Positions 30,369-39,760 of a DNA stretch of 64,000 nucleotides are shown piece by piece. The DNA comes from a virus. Position numbers and translations under genes: made by a program. The notes under the pieces were generated by a model. That model did no database searches. It was not told where the DNA came from and was given only the letters and a program-made list of their open reading frames with translations. The stretch is from the IMG/VR virus record IMGVR_UViG_3300030329_004520, positions 18,544 to 82,543 of that record; one strand, 5' to 3'. The number at the start of each line of letters is the position of its first letter. Within the stretch, counting starts at the first letter, position 1.

Positions 30369-33300
30369 AACAATAGCACATTTAGCAGATATACATATTC
30401 GTAAACTACATAGGTTTGTAGAATACAGACAAGTATTTAAAAAACTATACAAACAATTAAAAGATTTAAAACCAGACGCTATATACATTGGTGGAGATGT
30501 TGTTCACGGAAAACTTGATACATCACCCGAAGAAGTCAGAATGGTTGCAAACTTCTTTTTAGAATTATGTAAGATAGCTCCAACGATTGTTATACCAGGT
30601 AATCACGATTGTAATTTAAATAACAAATCAAGAGAAGATACTCTTTCACCTATCGTAGATTTAGTACAAAAGATTACACCTAATTTACATTATTGGAAAA
30701 AGTCAGGTGTTTATACAATTGATAATGTAGATTTTGGACATATGTCAATATTTGACCACGATAAAGAAGGTAATCAATTAACAGATGGTTTACCTAATCC
30801 AGATGATTTAAAAAATAAACATAAAGTTGCGTTGTTTCACGGTGGAGTAGATAAACATTTATATGATAATGGGTTCGCTGTTAGAGATGAGCATGTTAAA
30901 CTTGACACATTTGCTGGATATGATATGGTGTTGTTGGGTGACATACATAAAAGACAATTCTTAAATGAAGAAGAAACAATTGCATATCCTGGTTCATTAA
31001 TTCAACAGAATTATTCAGAAGAACCAAGTCACGGATTCTTATTATGGAATGTAGAAACAAAGAAAGCTGAATATCACGAAGTAGAGAATGATTATGGTTA
31101 TAAAATATTAAAAGTAGAAGAGGGTGAAATAAAAAATTCTACAACAAATGATAATCCATTTGAATTAACATTTATGCCACCAAAAGGTAGAGTAAAGATA
31201 AAATTTTGGGATACAACACTTGAACAAATTAAAGATATACAAATCGGTTTGAGAAAACAATATCCTAAACTTAAAGAAATAATAACAGAAAGACAAGATA
31301 ATATATCAATAGGAAGTGACAGAGAAAATAAATTAGATATTGGTGATGTGAGAGATGTTAATTATCAGAATGAATTATTAGAAGATTTCTTGAAAAGAAA
31401 TGTTGATGGTATAGATGATAAAACAATACAAAGAGTTCAAAAGATAAATGAAATGACAAATGATTCACCAGAGATATATGATGGTGATATTACAAGGAAT
31501 GTGGATTGGAAAATAAAGTCGTTTGAGTTTGATAATATGTTTTGTTATGGTAAAGGTAATAAAATAGATTTTAGTAAATTAGATGGAACGGTAGGAGTTG
31601 TAGCTCCTAATCATTCAGGTAAATCATCTATAATGGATGCTATTGCTTATACAATATATGATGTATGTAGTAGAACAACACGAGCGTTGGATGTAATGAA
31701 TAAGAAAAGACAAACATTCAGAGCTAAATTAAATCTTGAAATCAATGGTATAGATTATTGGATTGAAAGAGATGCTCAATATAAGAAAAGACAACACAAA
31801 GATGGTACAAAAACTCATATGTGTCCAGTTAAAGTTAAATTTTATATGATTGATGATGCTGGTGAAGAAGTAGATTTAAGTGGAGCGGCAAGATTTAATT
31901 CAGCATATGGAAGTGGTACAAACGAAGAAATCAAGAAAGTGTTAGGAACATTTGACGACTTCATCCTTACCTCGTTATCGCTACAAACCAATGGTATGAA
32001 CTTCCTCGATAAGAAACAAGCCGAGAGAAAAAAAATTCTTTCTACTTTTATGGATATTGAGGTGTTTGAACAACTTGAAACCATTGCCAAATCTGATTCC
32101 AATGAAGAGAGAATTATGTTACGACAATTTCAAAAGAAAGATTCGTATAAAGAAATAGGTACGATAAATCAAAGAATTACTGAATTAGAAAAAGATGAAA
32201 AAGAATTAGCTAATAAAGATAAACAAATAGATGATAAATTAACTGATTTAGAAACAAAAAAAATTGAATTAGTTAAAAAATTATATAAGATAGATGAGAC
32301 TTATGATATAGATGAATTACAAACATTAAAAAATTCTAGTTATAGTGAAAAACAAGATATAGAAAAAAAACTTAAAGAAGATAAAGAATATAAAGAAACT
32401 TTACGACCAATGTATATGGATTACCACAAAAAACTCGCAGAAGTTGATGAAGAGAAAATACAATCAGATTATGAAGATTATAAAGAAATTAAAAAAGCTT
32501 TAAGAGAAATCAAAAGTCAAATGAAATTAATTGAAACTAAATCTAAATCATTGAATAGACATGCTGATGATTTAAAGAAATTTGAGTATGATGAAAATTG
32601 TGAATATTGTATTAAGAATGGTAAAGAACAAATACACGAACAAGAAGAAATACAATCTCAATTAATGGATTTAGATGAAGAATATAAAGAGTGGGAAACA
32701 CACTTTAAATTAAAATCTTACGCTCTTGAAAAATTAGGTGACGCTGAGAAAAGAAATAGAGATTACAAAATATTTTCAGATGAATTAAATCAAATATCTC
32801 ACGACGCTGTTAAAATAGGTGGTAAGATAGATAAGAATGAAGCTAGATTAAAACATTTAGAAAGTAATTTAAATAACATAGATAGTAAGATTAGTAGATA
32901 TTATGAATTAGAACAAAAGATTGAAACAAATAATGATTTAAATGAACAAATATCCACACTTACAGATAAGATATCTCAACTACAGATAGAATCAATATCA
33001 GTTGATAAAGAATATAAAAAAGTATTATCGACTTTATCAGTAGCTAAAAATCAAAAACAACAAATAGAAGATGATATTCAAAAACTTGTTGATATAGAAC
33101 AGAAAATATTAGATTATGATTTATATCTTTTAGCACTATCTAAAGATGGTGTTCCGTATGAGTTAATCTCAAAAGCAATTCCAGCTATTGAAAGAGAAAT
33201 CAATTATGTATTAGAAAATATGAATGCTGGTTTCCATATTGAATTAGAGATGAAAGATAAAATGATTGACGCCTTTATATGTTATGGTGATGATAAATGG

Positions 33301-33588
33301 AATCTTGAATTATCAAGTGGTATGGAAAGGTTTGTTTCATCATTAGCAATTAGAATAGGATTAATCAATGTATCAACATTACCTCGTCCTAACTTCATTA
33401 TAGTAGATGAGGGATTCGGTGCTTTAGATTCGGATAATATTGCTAATATGCAAGGAGCGTTTCAATACTTGAGAACTCAATTTGATTTCACTATGATTAT
33501 AACTCACTTAGATACAATCAAAGATTATATGGATACATTGATTCCTATTGATGTAGAGAATGGAATTAGTAAAGTTACTTATGTATAA
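30361..33588 (+). CDS. fused Mre11/SbcD nuclease - Rad50/SbcC ATPase (gp47-gp46-like)
   Basis: ADIH, GGD, GNHD, GDIH phosphoesterase motifs; APNHSGKS, coiled coil with CEYC hook, LSSGME, VDEGFGALD, ITH; TTG start. Confidence 0.92.
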   Translation: MIKTIAHLADIHIRKLHRFVEYRQVFKKLYKQLKDLKPDAIYIGGDVVHGKLDTSPEEVRMVANFFLELCKIAPTIVIPGNHDCNLNNKSREDTLSPIVDLVQKITPNLHYWKKSGVYTIDNVDFGHMSIFDHDKEGNQLTDGLPNPDDLKNKHKVALFHGGVDKHLYDNGFAVRDEHVKLDTFAGYDMVLLGDIHKRQFLNEEETIAYPGSLIQQNYSEEPSHGFLLWNVETKKAEYHEVENDYGYKILKVEEGEIKNSTTNDNPFELTFMPPKGRVKIKFWDTTLEQIKDIQIGLRKQYPKLKEIITERQDNISIGSDRENKLDIGDVRDVNYQNELLEDFLKRNVDGIDDKTIQRVQKINEMTNDSPEIYDGDITRNVDWKIKSFEFDNMFCYGKGNKIDFSKLDGTVGVVAPNHSGKSSIMDAIAYTIYDVCSRTTRALDVMNKKRQTFRAKLNLEINGIDYWIERDAQYKKRQHKDGTKTHMCPVKVKFYMIDDAGEEVDLSGAARFNSAYGSGTNEEIKKVLGTFDDFILTSLSLQTNGMNFLDKKQAERKKILSTFMDIEVFEQLETIAKSDSNEERIMLRQFQKKDSYKEIGTINQRITELEKDEKELANKDKQIDDKLTDLETKKIELVKKLYKIDETYDIDELQTLKNSSYSEKQDIEKKLKEDKEYKETLRPMYMDYHKKLAEVDEEKIQSDYEDYKEIKKALREIKSQMKLIETKSKSLNRHADDLKKFEYDENCEYCIKNGKEQIHEQEEIQSQLMDLDEEYKEWETHFKLKSYALEKLGDAEKRNRDYKIFSDELNQISHDAVKIGGKIDKNEARLKHLESNLNNIDSKISRYYELEQKIETNNDLNEQISTLTDKISQLQIESISVDKEYKKVLSTLSVAKNQKQQIEDDIQKLVDIEQKILDYDLYLLALSKDGVPYELISKAIPAIEREINYVLENMNAGFHIELEMKDKMIDAFICYGDDKWNLELSSGMERFVSSLAIRIGLINVSTLPRPNFIIVDEGFGALDSDNIANMQGAFQYLRTQFDFTMIITHLDTIKDYMDTLIPIDVENGISKVTYV

Positions 33589-33742
33589 CAGATAATTTCT
33601 TACCAACCTTCTTACCATTTGAAAGATGTTCAAATAATATTCTTGAAAGATTAGCTGATACGGTTAATCCTCTCATTTTACTATCTTCTTCTAATAGTTC
33701 ATCTATTTCATTACTTATTGATATTGACCTGATTTTCTTCAT
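33575..33742 (-). CDS. ribbon-helix-helix DNA-binding protein, 55 aa (not in ORF track)
   Basis: MKKIRSISISNEIDELLEEDSKMRGLTVSANLSRILFEHLSNGKKVGKKLSVIHK: alternating strand, helix, G-x-T-x-S turn, helix. Confidence 0.7.
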   Translation of the reverse strand: MKKIRSISISNEIDELLEEDSKMRGLTVSANLSRILFEHLSNGKKVGKKLSVIHK

Positions 33743-33796
33743 ATTAATAAATATTAATAATTTTTATTAATCTTTAAAAGATTCTCATAAAATTAA

Positions 33797-33804
33797 TATT
33801 TATA
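33797..33804 (+). promoter_or_regulatory. putative late promoter core TATTTATA
   Basis: Upstream of the giant fibre gene; a TATTTATT copy lies on the opposite strand just before the RHH start. Confidence 0.55.
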
Positions 33805-33828
33805 GATGTAGAATCATGGAGAATTTAT

Positions 33829-36800
33829 TTGGCAATTAAAAGATATCCACCTTCGTTTGATAAGAATAAGAAGTATCCACCACAATATGATTTAGAAAAT
33901 ATAGATGTGTTTCTAGAATCACCTGTAGGTGATTACTTTAATATTAGTGGTCTGCCTAGTGAGATTGGATTTGGTAAACACGCATTTAGTCTTTATGTTA
34001 CAGAACCACTAAATGGTTTACCATTAAAAGACTATGGAAATATTTTAATAGAAGCAAAAGATGCAGCAGGTACCTTAATATGGTCTGGTGTAACACAACA
34101 TTCTGATATTAGTGGAGCAGCTGTTTGTTATATTTGGGTAAAACAAGACCCTCTTAGAACTGAAAAAAATATAATTGATGGAACTGGAACATTAACTATT
34201 GTAGGGCAATTATCTAATGTACCAAATCAATATAGAGATGTATATAATTTAAGAACTACTATACCATTAAATATACGAAAAAGTTTTTCAAATCTCTCTC
34301 CTTTATTTTTTCAAAGTTCATCTTTAATTCAAAGTACTTTAGCAATTTCAGAACAACTTGAAGCTGATATTGATAATGCTAACTTTAATAGGTCATATGC
34401 TGACATAACAATTAAAAATTTAGAAACTTATGGTGGTCAAGTAGATTCAATTCAAATAAGTTACTTAGAAAGTGGTTCTTTATCGACTTTAACAGATAAT
34501 GACTATACATTTTTAACGCAACATACAATACAAACAACAAGTGCTTCTTTTGAAGATGAAATTGACTTTAAGATATCAGAAGGATTAAATCCTACTAGTC
34601 AATCATTTAGAGTATTAATGCCACCTATGGCAAATCAATCTGGTAGTGATTTTGGATTAGATAATAATAAATTTAAATTTAAGTTTGAATTTTTAAATAA
34701 AAATAATGAAAAAGCTAAAGCAGTTACTACTAATACTGATTTAATTATTACTTCTTCTTGGATTGAGTTCGCCGGACCTGCTACGGTTATTACTGGTGAA
34801 GATAATTTAATAGCGGGTCAGATGTTTATTGGTAATTCAGTAGGTGATGGTATTGAAGTTAGTGGTCAATCTTCAGCATTTTTAAGAAGTATAGGTTATT
34901 TAGGATTTAATAGTGCATCGGCTGGTAGTGGTTCTGGATTTATGTTATATTCTGGTTCTGTTCTCGGAGCTAATACAGATGAATATTCAAATGGTGGTAT
35001 AGGATTTGAATTTGTTCAAGATTCTAGTTCTTATATGAAATTTGGCAGTGCTAATAATTTATTCGATATTAGAGCTAAAACATTTTTCGTAGGTAGTGAA
35101 ACAACACAATTTATTAGTGGTTCTAGTGGTAAAGTAGAAATAAGTTCATCTAAATTTCATTTGAAACCTGATGGTAGTGTTACTATGTCAGGACAATTAG
35201 CTGTAGAAGCTGGTGGTACAATTGGTGGTTTTACAATATCAGATGATGCCCTTTCAACAGATACTTTTATACTTAGTAGTAGTCAAGTTCTTAATGACCC
35301 TGTTTCATTTATTTCTTCTAGTGCGTTTAAAGTAAGCGCCGCCGGTAAATTAACAGCATCAGAAGCATATATAGCAGGAGCTGTTATAACAGGCTCAACT
35401 GGTGATTTCAAATCTATAGTAGCTAGAGGAGTTAGTATAGGTGGTAGTGGTGATACTACTGAAGGACAGATTTCAACTACACAAGTTACTGCTAGTGTTA
35501 TTTCTGCGTCAAGTACATTACTTACAGGTGAATTGACAGCTTCTTCGTTAGATGTGACAGGTACATCTACTTTTGATGGAGCAGTAACATTTAATGGTGA
35601 TGTAGGTGCAGTCAGTTCTAGTAAGATAATAAGTGCTTCTCGTATTCACGGTGAATTAGGAGCAACTTTTAATGGAAATGTAATTGTAAATGGAGATGTA
35701 AAGGCAGAGAATTATATAACAGAAGAAATAACTATTATTACTTCTGAAGGTTCAACACGATTCGGTGATACACAAGATGATAGACACGAATTTACTGGGT
35801 CTTTAGAAATTCATCACACAGGTTCAATTGGTTTTCATTTAACTGGTTCTGACGCACGAGTAGATGGAAACATAAGTGCGAGTGGATATGTCGCTGCAAG
35901 TTCATTAAAAGGAATAAGTCCATCTGGTGGAGATTTAATAGATATTGTCAAAGCCTCAAATTCTCAAATAATTGTCGGTGATAGTGGACTGAATAACCCA
36001 TTAATTCTTAATGGAAACTTATGTTCTATACAAATAGGACCTGATATTAATGAATCTTATGCCGGTGGGACTCCGGGTGATAATAAAATTACTTTTAGTA
36101 CACAGAATAGTTATTTTTATGGTAAAGCTATGTTTGGAGGAATCAATACAGATTCTAGAGTACTTAGTGATACATTAACCGTAGCAGGTTCATATAGTGG
36201 AAGTGGTGATTTAAAAATATCGAATGGAACAAATACTTTACATTATGATGTATCACGACACGCAATTTCATCAAGTGGAGCTACTCTTGATTTTATGGGA
36301 ACAGATTTCTCATTCAATACAAATGATTTATTTATTGACCAATCTACAAGTAGAATTGGTATCGGAACGACAAGTCCAACAACAACATTAGAAGTAGTTG
36401 GTGACATCAGTGCGAGTGGTGTTGTATATGCTAGTAGATTCGAAGCTAGTGGTTCTGGAACAGCCATTGACATTGTTGATAATTTAGATATAACAGGAGC
36501 TCTAACGGCGAGTGCAGGTATTAGTGCTAGTGGACATATTGTTACAACTAGAGGGATTAAATCAAAAGAAATAGATGCCAACGGTGACTTAACTCTACAT
36601 AAACTTAACGCTGGCACTAGAAATATAGTATTTAAAACTGATGGTGATTCATCTGGTGATATGGATGCAGCTATAACATTAGGTTCTTCTGAAGATTTAA
36701 CAATACGAACTCAAAATGATGGTGGTGATATAGAAATAAAAACTACTAATTTTGATGATGCAATTTATATAGATGATTCGACACAAAGAGTTGGTATTGG

Positions 36801-39708
36801 AACAAATGTTCCCGGTGATAAATTTACCGTAGCCGGAAACATAAGTTCAAGTGGTGTTGGAATATTCAGTAGTTTAGATATATCTGGTAATATAGATGTC
36901 GATGGAACAACTAATTTAGATGTAGTTGACATAGACGGAAATGTAGATGTAGCTGGAACACTTACTTTAAATAATACGACAACAACAACAGATTATATTT
37001 CATCACCATTTTATCAAAGTGGTTTCGCGGGAACAGGTTGGAGAATAGAATCAGGCTCTGAAGCAACTTCTTTGACCGTTGATGATTTAACCGTTCGTGG
37101 TAATATGAGTGTCTATGAATTACTAATACATCAAATAAGAGCTACTAATGGTAATTTATTTATTTCAAATACAGGTAAAATAATATCGGCCAGTATAACA
37201 AATACCAGTGAACAAGAATTTAAATTATTTTTTGATACAGGTTCAGGGTATGGTCATTCATTTAGACCAGGAGATTTAATACGAGCACAAAGATGGCAAC
37301 CAGATGCTAATGGTTCAGGCTCTCAAGTTTATAAATCAGATTTAGCTATTATATCTGTTACTGATACTACTTCATCTATAGCTAGACTTACTGGTTCAAT
37401 GGATGCAGGTTCAACAGATATACCACAAGCAGGTTATGAATATGTAAGAATAGGAAACTATACTACTTCAAGTAGACAAGGTTCAATTTATATGACAGCT
37501 GATGATGGTAATGCACCATTCATTGATGTAGTTGATGATGTTACTAAACATTCAGAATTTGGTTCAAAAGTTAAAACAAGAATTGGTAGATTATCAGGTA
37601 TTACTTCTACTACTTTCCCAAGTATAGGTACAGGACTTGATGAATATGGTTTTTATGCATCTGGTTCAGCTTTCTTAGAAGGTGGTATCAATGCCACAAA
37701 GGGAAGTATTGGTAATTGGTATATAGGAACAAGTGTAATATCAAGTTCTAATATAACACTTGATTCTACTAATCAAAAAATAACTATACAAAATACAACT
37801 TTTGGAAATGCCGGTGTTCAATTAGAATATGCAGGTAGTAAAGGTAAATTTTCTGCCGGTGATGGTTCAAATAAATTTATAAAATTTGATGGTACAAGAG
37901 CTACAATTAAATCAGATAATTTTGAACTTGATAGTAGTGGTAATATTACAGCCTCAGATGCATTACTAAGTGGTAAATTAACTTCAACAGAAGGTGCCAT
38001 AGGTGGTTTTACAATAAATGATACAAGTTTATCAAGTACTAATTTTACTTTATCAGCGTCATCTGTCGCGGAAGAATTATTTATTTCACATTCTTCATTT
38101 AAAGTTAAAAATACAGGACAGATAACTGCTTCAGCTTTATTCTTGACTGGTTCTGGTGGTTCAAATTATTTACAATATAAAAATGGTACATTGACCGTTC
38201 GTGGTGATGTAGCAGCTACAACAATCTCAACACCAAGTGCTTCAATTAATGCAGATGGTTATTTATCAGCTACATCTGGTTCAATCGCTGATTGGATAAT
38301 TGATGGTACTAATGGTACATTAACAGGTGGTAACATTGTATTAGATTCTAATTCTGATAATGGAATAATTGCAGTCGGTAGTGGTGTATCTAAAACAGCA
38401 GGAGATGGTGTCTATATAGACGGAAATGGAAACTTTAGAGTTGGTGACTTTGATGGTGATAGAATACATTTTGATGGAAGTAGTCTTAATATAACATCTT
38501 CTAAAGTAGACATAAGTGGTAGTAAAGTAATATTAGGTGCACCGAGATTTTTACTCGGTGATAATACAAATTATATTAGTGGGTCAAATGGAAATTTAAA
38601 AATAGTAACAGGTGATGCTACATTAAGTGGTTCATCTGTTGATATATTAACAAACAATTTTTATTTTGGTGGTGAAACAAATTATATTAGTGGGTCTTCT
38701 GATGGTATAAAATTAGTAGCTACTAATACTACTTTAAGTGGTTCTAGTGTTGATATTAAAACACCAAAGTTTTTATTCGGAACACCAAGTGGAGAATTTG
38801 CTCAATTTATAAGTGGTGCTAATGGTAATATAGAAATTTCTTCATCTAAATTCCATCTTCAAAATGATGGTGATTTAGTTATGAAAAATATGACGGCATC
38901 AAATGCTAATATACAAGGTATACTTAGTTCAAGTCAAGGTGATATAGGTGGGTTTAAAATTGGTTTAACTTCAATCGAATCAAATCAAGGAACTTTAAAA
39001 CTAAAATCAAATGGTCAAATAACAGCCTCTGCAGTATCAATGTCAGGAACAATTGTAACAGATGATATAGATGCTACAGGTGGAACGATAGGTGGATTTA
39101 CACTTAATACCACATCGATAAGTGCAAGCAATTTATTTATGAAATCATCAGGACAAATAACAGGTTCAGATGTATTATTTGATGGTGGTGAAATTGGTGG
39201 ATTTTCAATAAGTAGTAATGAATTAAGTGCGAGTGGATTAATATTAAGAACAGCTCAAAGATTTACAGATGGTCAGATAACTAGTTCTAATGTACTATTT
39301 GACGGTGGTAAAATAGGTGGATTTAATATATCAGATTCTGTACTTAGTATAGATAATATTAAATTATCAAGTGTAGAAAAAGGTTTAGTAATTAGTAGTA
39401 GTCAAGGTACTGGTAAAGTAAAACTTTCTTCTGGAAGTTTATCTGATACGACAGGTACTGCAACTAGTTTAATTAATAACGGGGGATTTGAAGAAGATAC
39501 TGATGGTGATACAGGACAAGATGTTAAGGATTGGGGTGTAAATTCATCTACTATAGCTATAAATAGTACTAATCAATATTTCTTATGGAACTCCGGTTCA
39601 ATAAAAGTGAATGTAACTGCTTCTAATCCAGCTGCTGGAAATAGATGTTTTCAAATATCTGTACAAGCAGAACAAGGTAGTGGAGGCGGAGGTTTAGAGT
39701 CAGAGTAA
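33829..39708 (+). CDS. giant tail-fibre/appendage protein A (1959 aa)
   Basis: TTG start with GGAG RBS; Gly/Ser/Thr-rich beta repeats (IGGF.I, GIGT..P, ISASG). Confidence 0.75.
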   Translation: MAIKRYPPSFDKNKKYPPQYDLENIDVFLESPVGDYFNISGLPSEIGFGKHAFSLYVTEPLNGLPLKDYGNILIEAKDAAGTLIWSGVTQHSDISGAAVCYIWVKQDPLRTEKNIIDGTGTLTIVGQLSNVPNQYRDVYNLRTTIPLNIRKSFSNLSPLFFQSSSLIQSTLAISEQLEADIDNANFNRSYADITIKNLETYGGQVDSIQISYLESGSLSTLTDNDYTFLTQHTIQTTSASFEDEIDFKISEGLNPTSQSFRVLMPPMANQSGSDFGLDNNKFKFKFEFLNKNNEKAKAVTTNTDLIITSSWIEFAGPATVITGEDNLIAGQMFIGNSVGDGIEVSGQSSAFLRSIGYLGFNSASAGSGSGFMLYSGSVLGANTDEYSNGGIGFEFVQDSSSYMKFGSANNLFDIRAKTFFVGSETTQFISGSSGKVEISSSKFHLKPDGSVTMSGQLAVEAGGTIGGFTISDDALSTDTFILSSSQVLNDPVSFISSSAFKVSAAGKLTASEAYIAGAVITGSTGDFKSIVARGVSIGGSGDTTEGQISTTQVTASVISASSTLLTGELTASSLDVTGTSTFDGAVTFNGDVGAVSSSKIISASRIHGELGATFNGNVIVNGDVKAENYITEEITIITSEGSTRFGDTQDDRHEFTGSLEIHHTGSIGFHLTGSDARVDGNISASGYVAASSLKGISPSGGDLIDIVKASNSQIIVGDSGLNNPLILNGNLCSIQIGPDINESYAGGTPGDNKITFSTQNSYFYGKAMFGGINTDSRVLSDTLTVAGSYSGSGDLKISNGTNTLHYDVSRHAISSSGATLDFMGTDFSFNTNDLFIDQSTSRIGIGTTSPTTTLEVVGDISASGVVYASRFEASGSGTAIDIVDNLDITGALTASAGISASGHIVTTRGIKSKEIDANGDLTLHKLNAGTRNIVFKTDGDSSGDMDAAITLGSSEDLTIRTQNDGGDIEIKTTNFDDAIYIDDSTQRVGIGTNVPGDKFTVAGNISSSGVGIFSSLDISGNIDVDGTTNLDVVDIDGNVDVAGTLTLNNTTTTTDYISSPFYQSGFAGTGWRIESGSEATSLTVDDLTVRGNMSVYELLIHQIRATNGNLFISNTGKIISASITNTSEQEFKLFFDTGSGYGHSFRPGDLIRAQRWQPDANGSGSQVYKSDLAIISVTDTTSSIARLTGSMDAGSTDIPQAGYEYVRIGNYTTSSRQGSIYMTADDGNAPFIDVVDDVTKHSEFGSKVKTRIGRLSGITSTTFPSIGTGLDEYGFYASGSAFLEGGINATKGSIGNWYIGTSVISSSNITLDSTNQKITIQNTTFGNAGVQLEYAGSKGKFSAGDGSNKFIKFDGTRATIKSDNFELDSSGNITASDALLSGKLTSTEGAIGGFTINDTSLSSTNFTLSASSVAEELFISHSSFKVKNTGQITASALFLTGSGGSNYLQYKNGTLTVRGDVAATTISTPSASINADGYLSATSGSIADWIIDGTNGTLTGGNIVLDSNSDNGIIAVGSGVSKTAGDGVYIDGNGNFRVGDFDGDRIHFDGSSLNITSSKVDISGSKVILGAPRFLLGDNTNYISGSNGNLKIVTGDATLSGSSVDILTNNFYFGGETNYISGSSDGIKLVATNTTLSGSSVDIKTPKFLFGTPSGEFAQFISGANGNIEISSSKFHLQNDGDLVMKNMTASNANIQGILSSSQGDIGGFKIGLTSIESNQGTLKLKSNGQITASAVSMSGTIVTDDIDATGGTIGGFTLNTTSISASNLFMKSSGQITGSDVLFDGGEIGGFSISSNELSASGLILRTAQRFTDGQITSSNVLFDGGKIGGFNISDSVLSIDNIKLSSVEKGLVISSSQGTGKVKLSSGSLSDTTGTATSLINNGGFEEDTDGDTGQDVKDWGVNSSTIAINSTNQYFLWNSGSIKVNVTASNPAAGNRCFQISVQAEQGSGGGGLESE
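39034..39080 (+). repeat. 47-bp exact repeat, copy 1
   Basis: GTATCAATGTCAGGAACAATTGTAACAGATGATATAGATGCTACAGG also at 46973-47019. Confidence 0.85.
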
Positions 39709-39760
39709 AAATAATGAAAAATAACAAAAAATATATATATATATCTAATAGAGAGATTTA

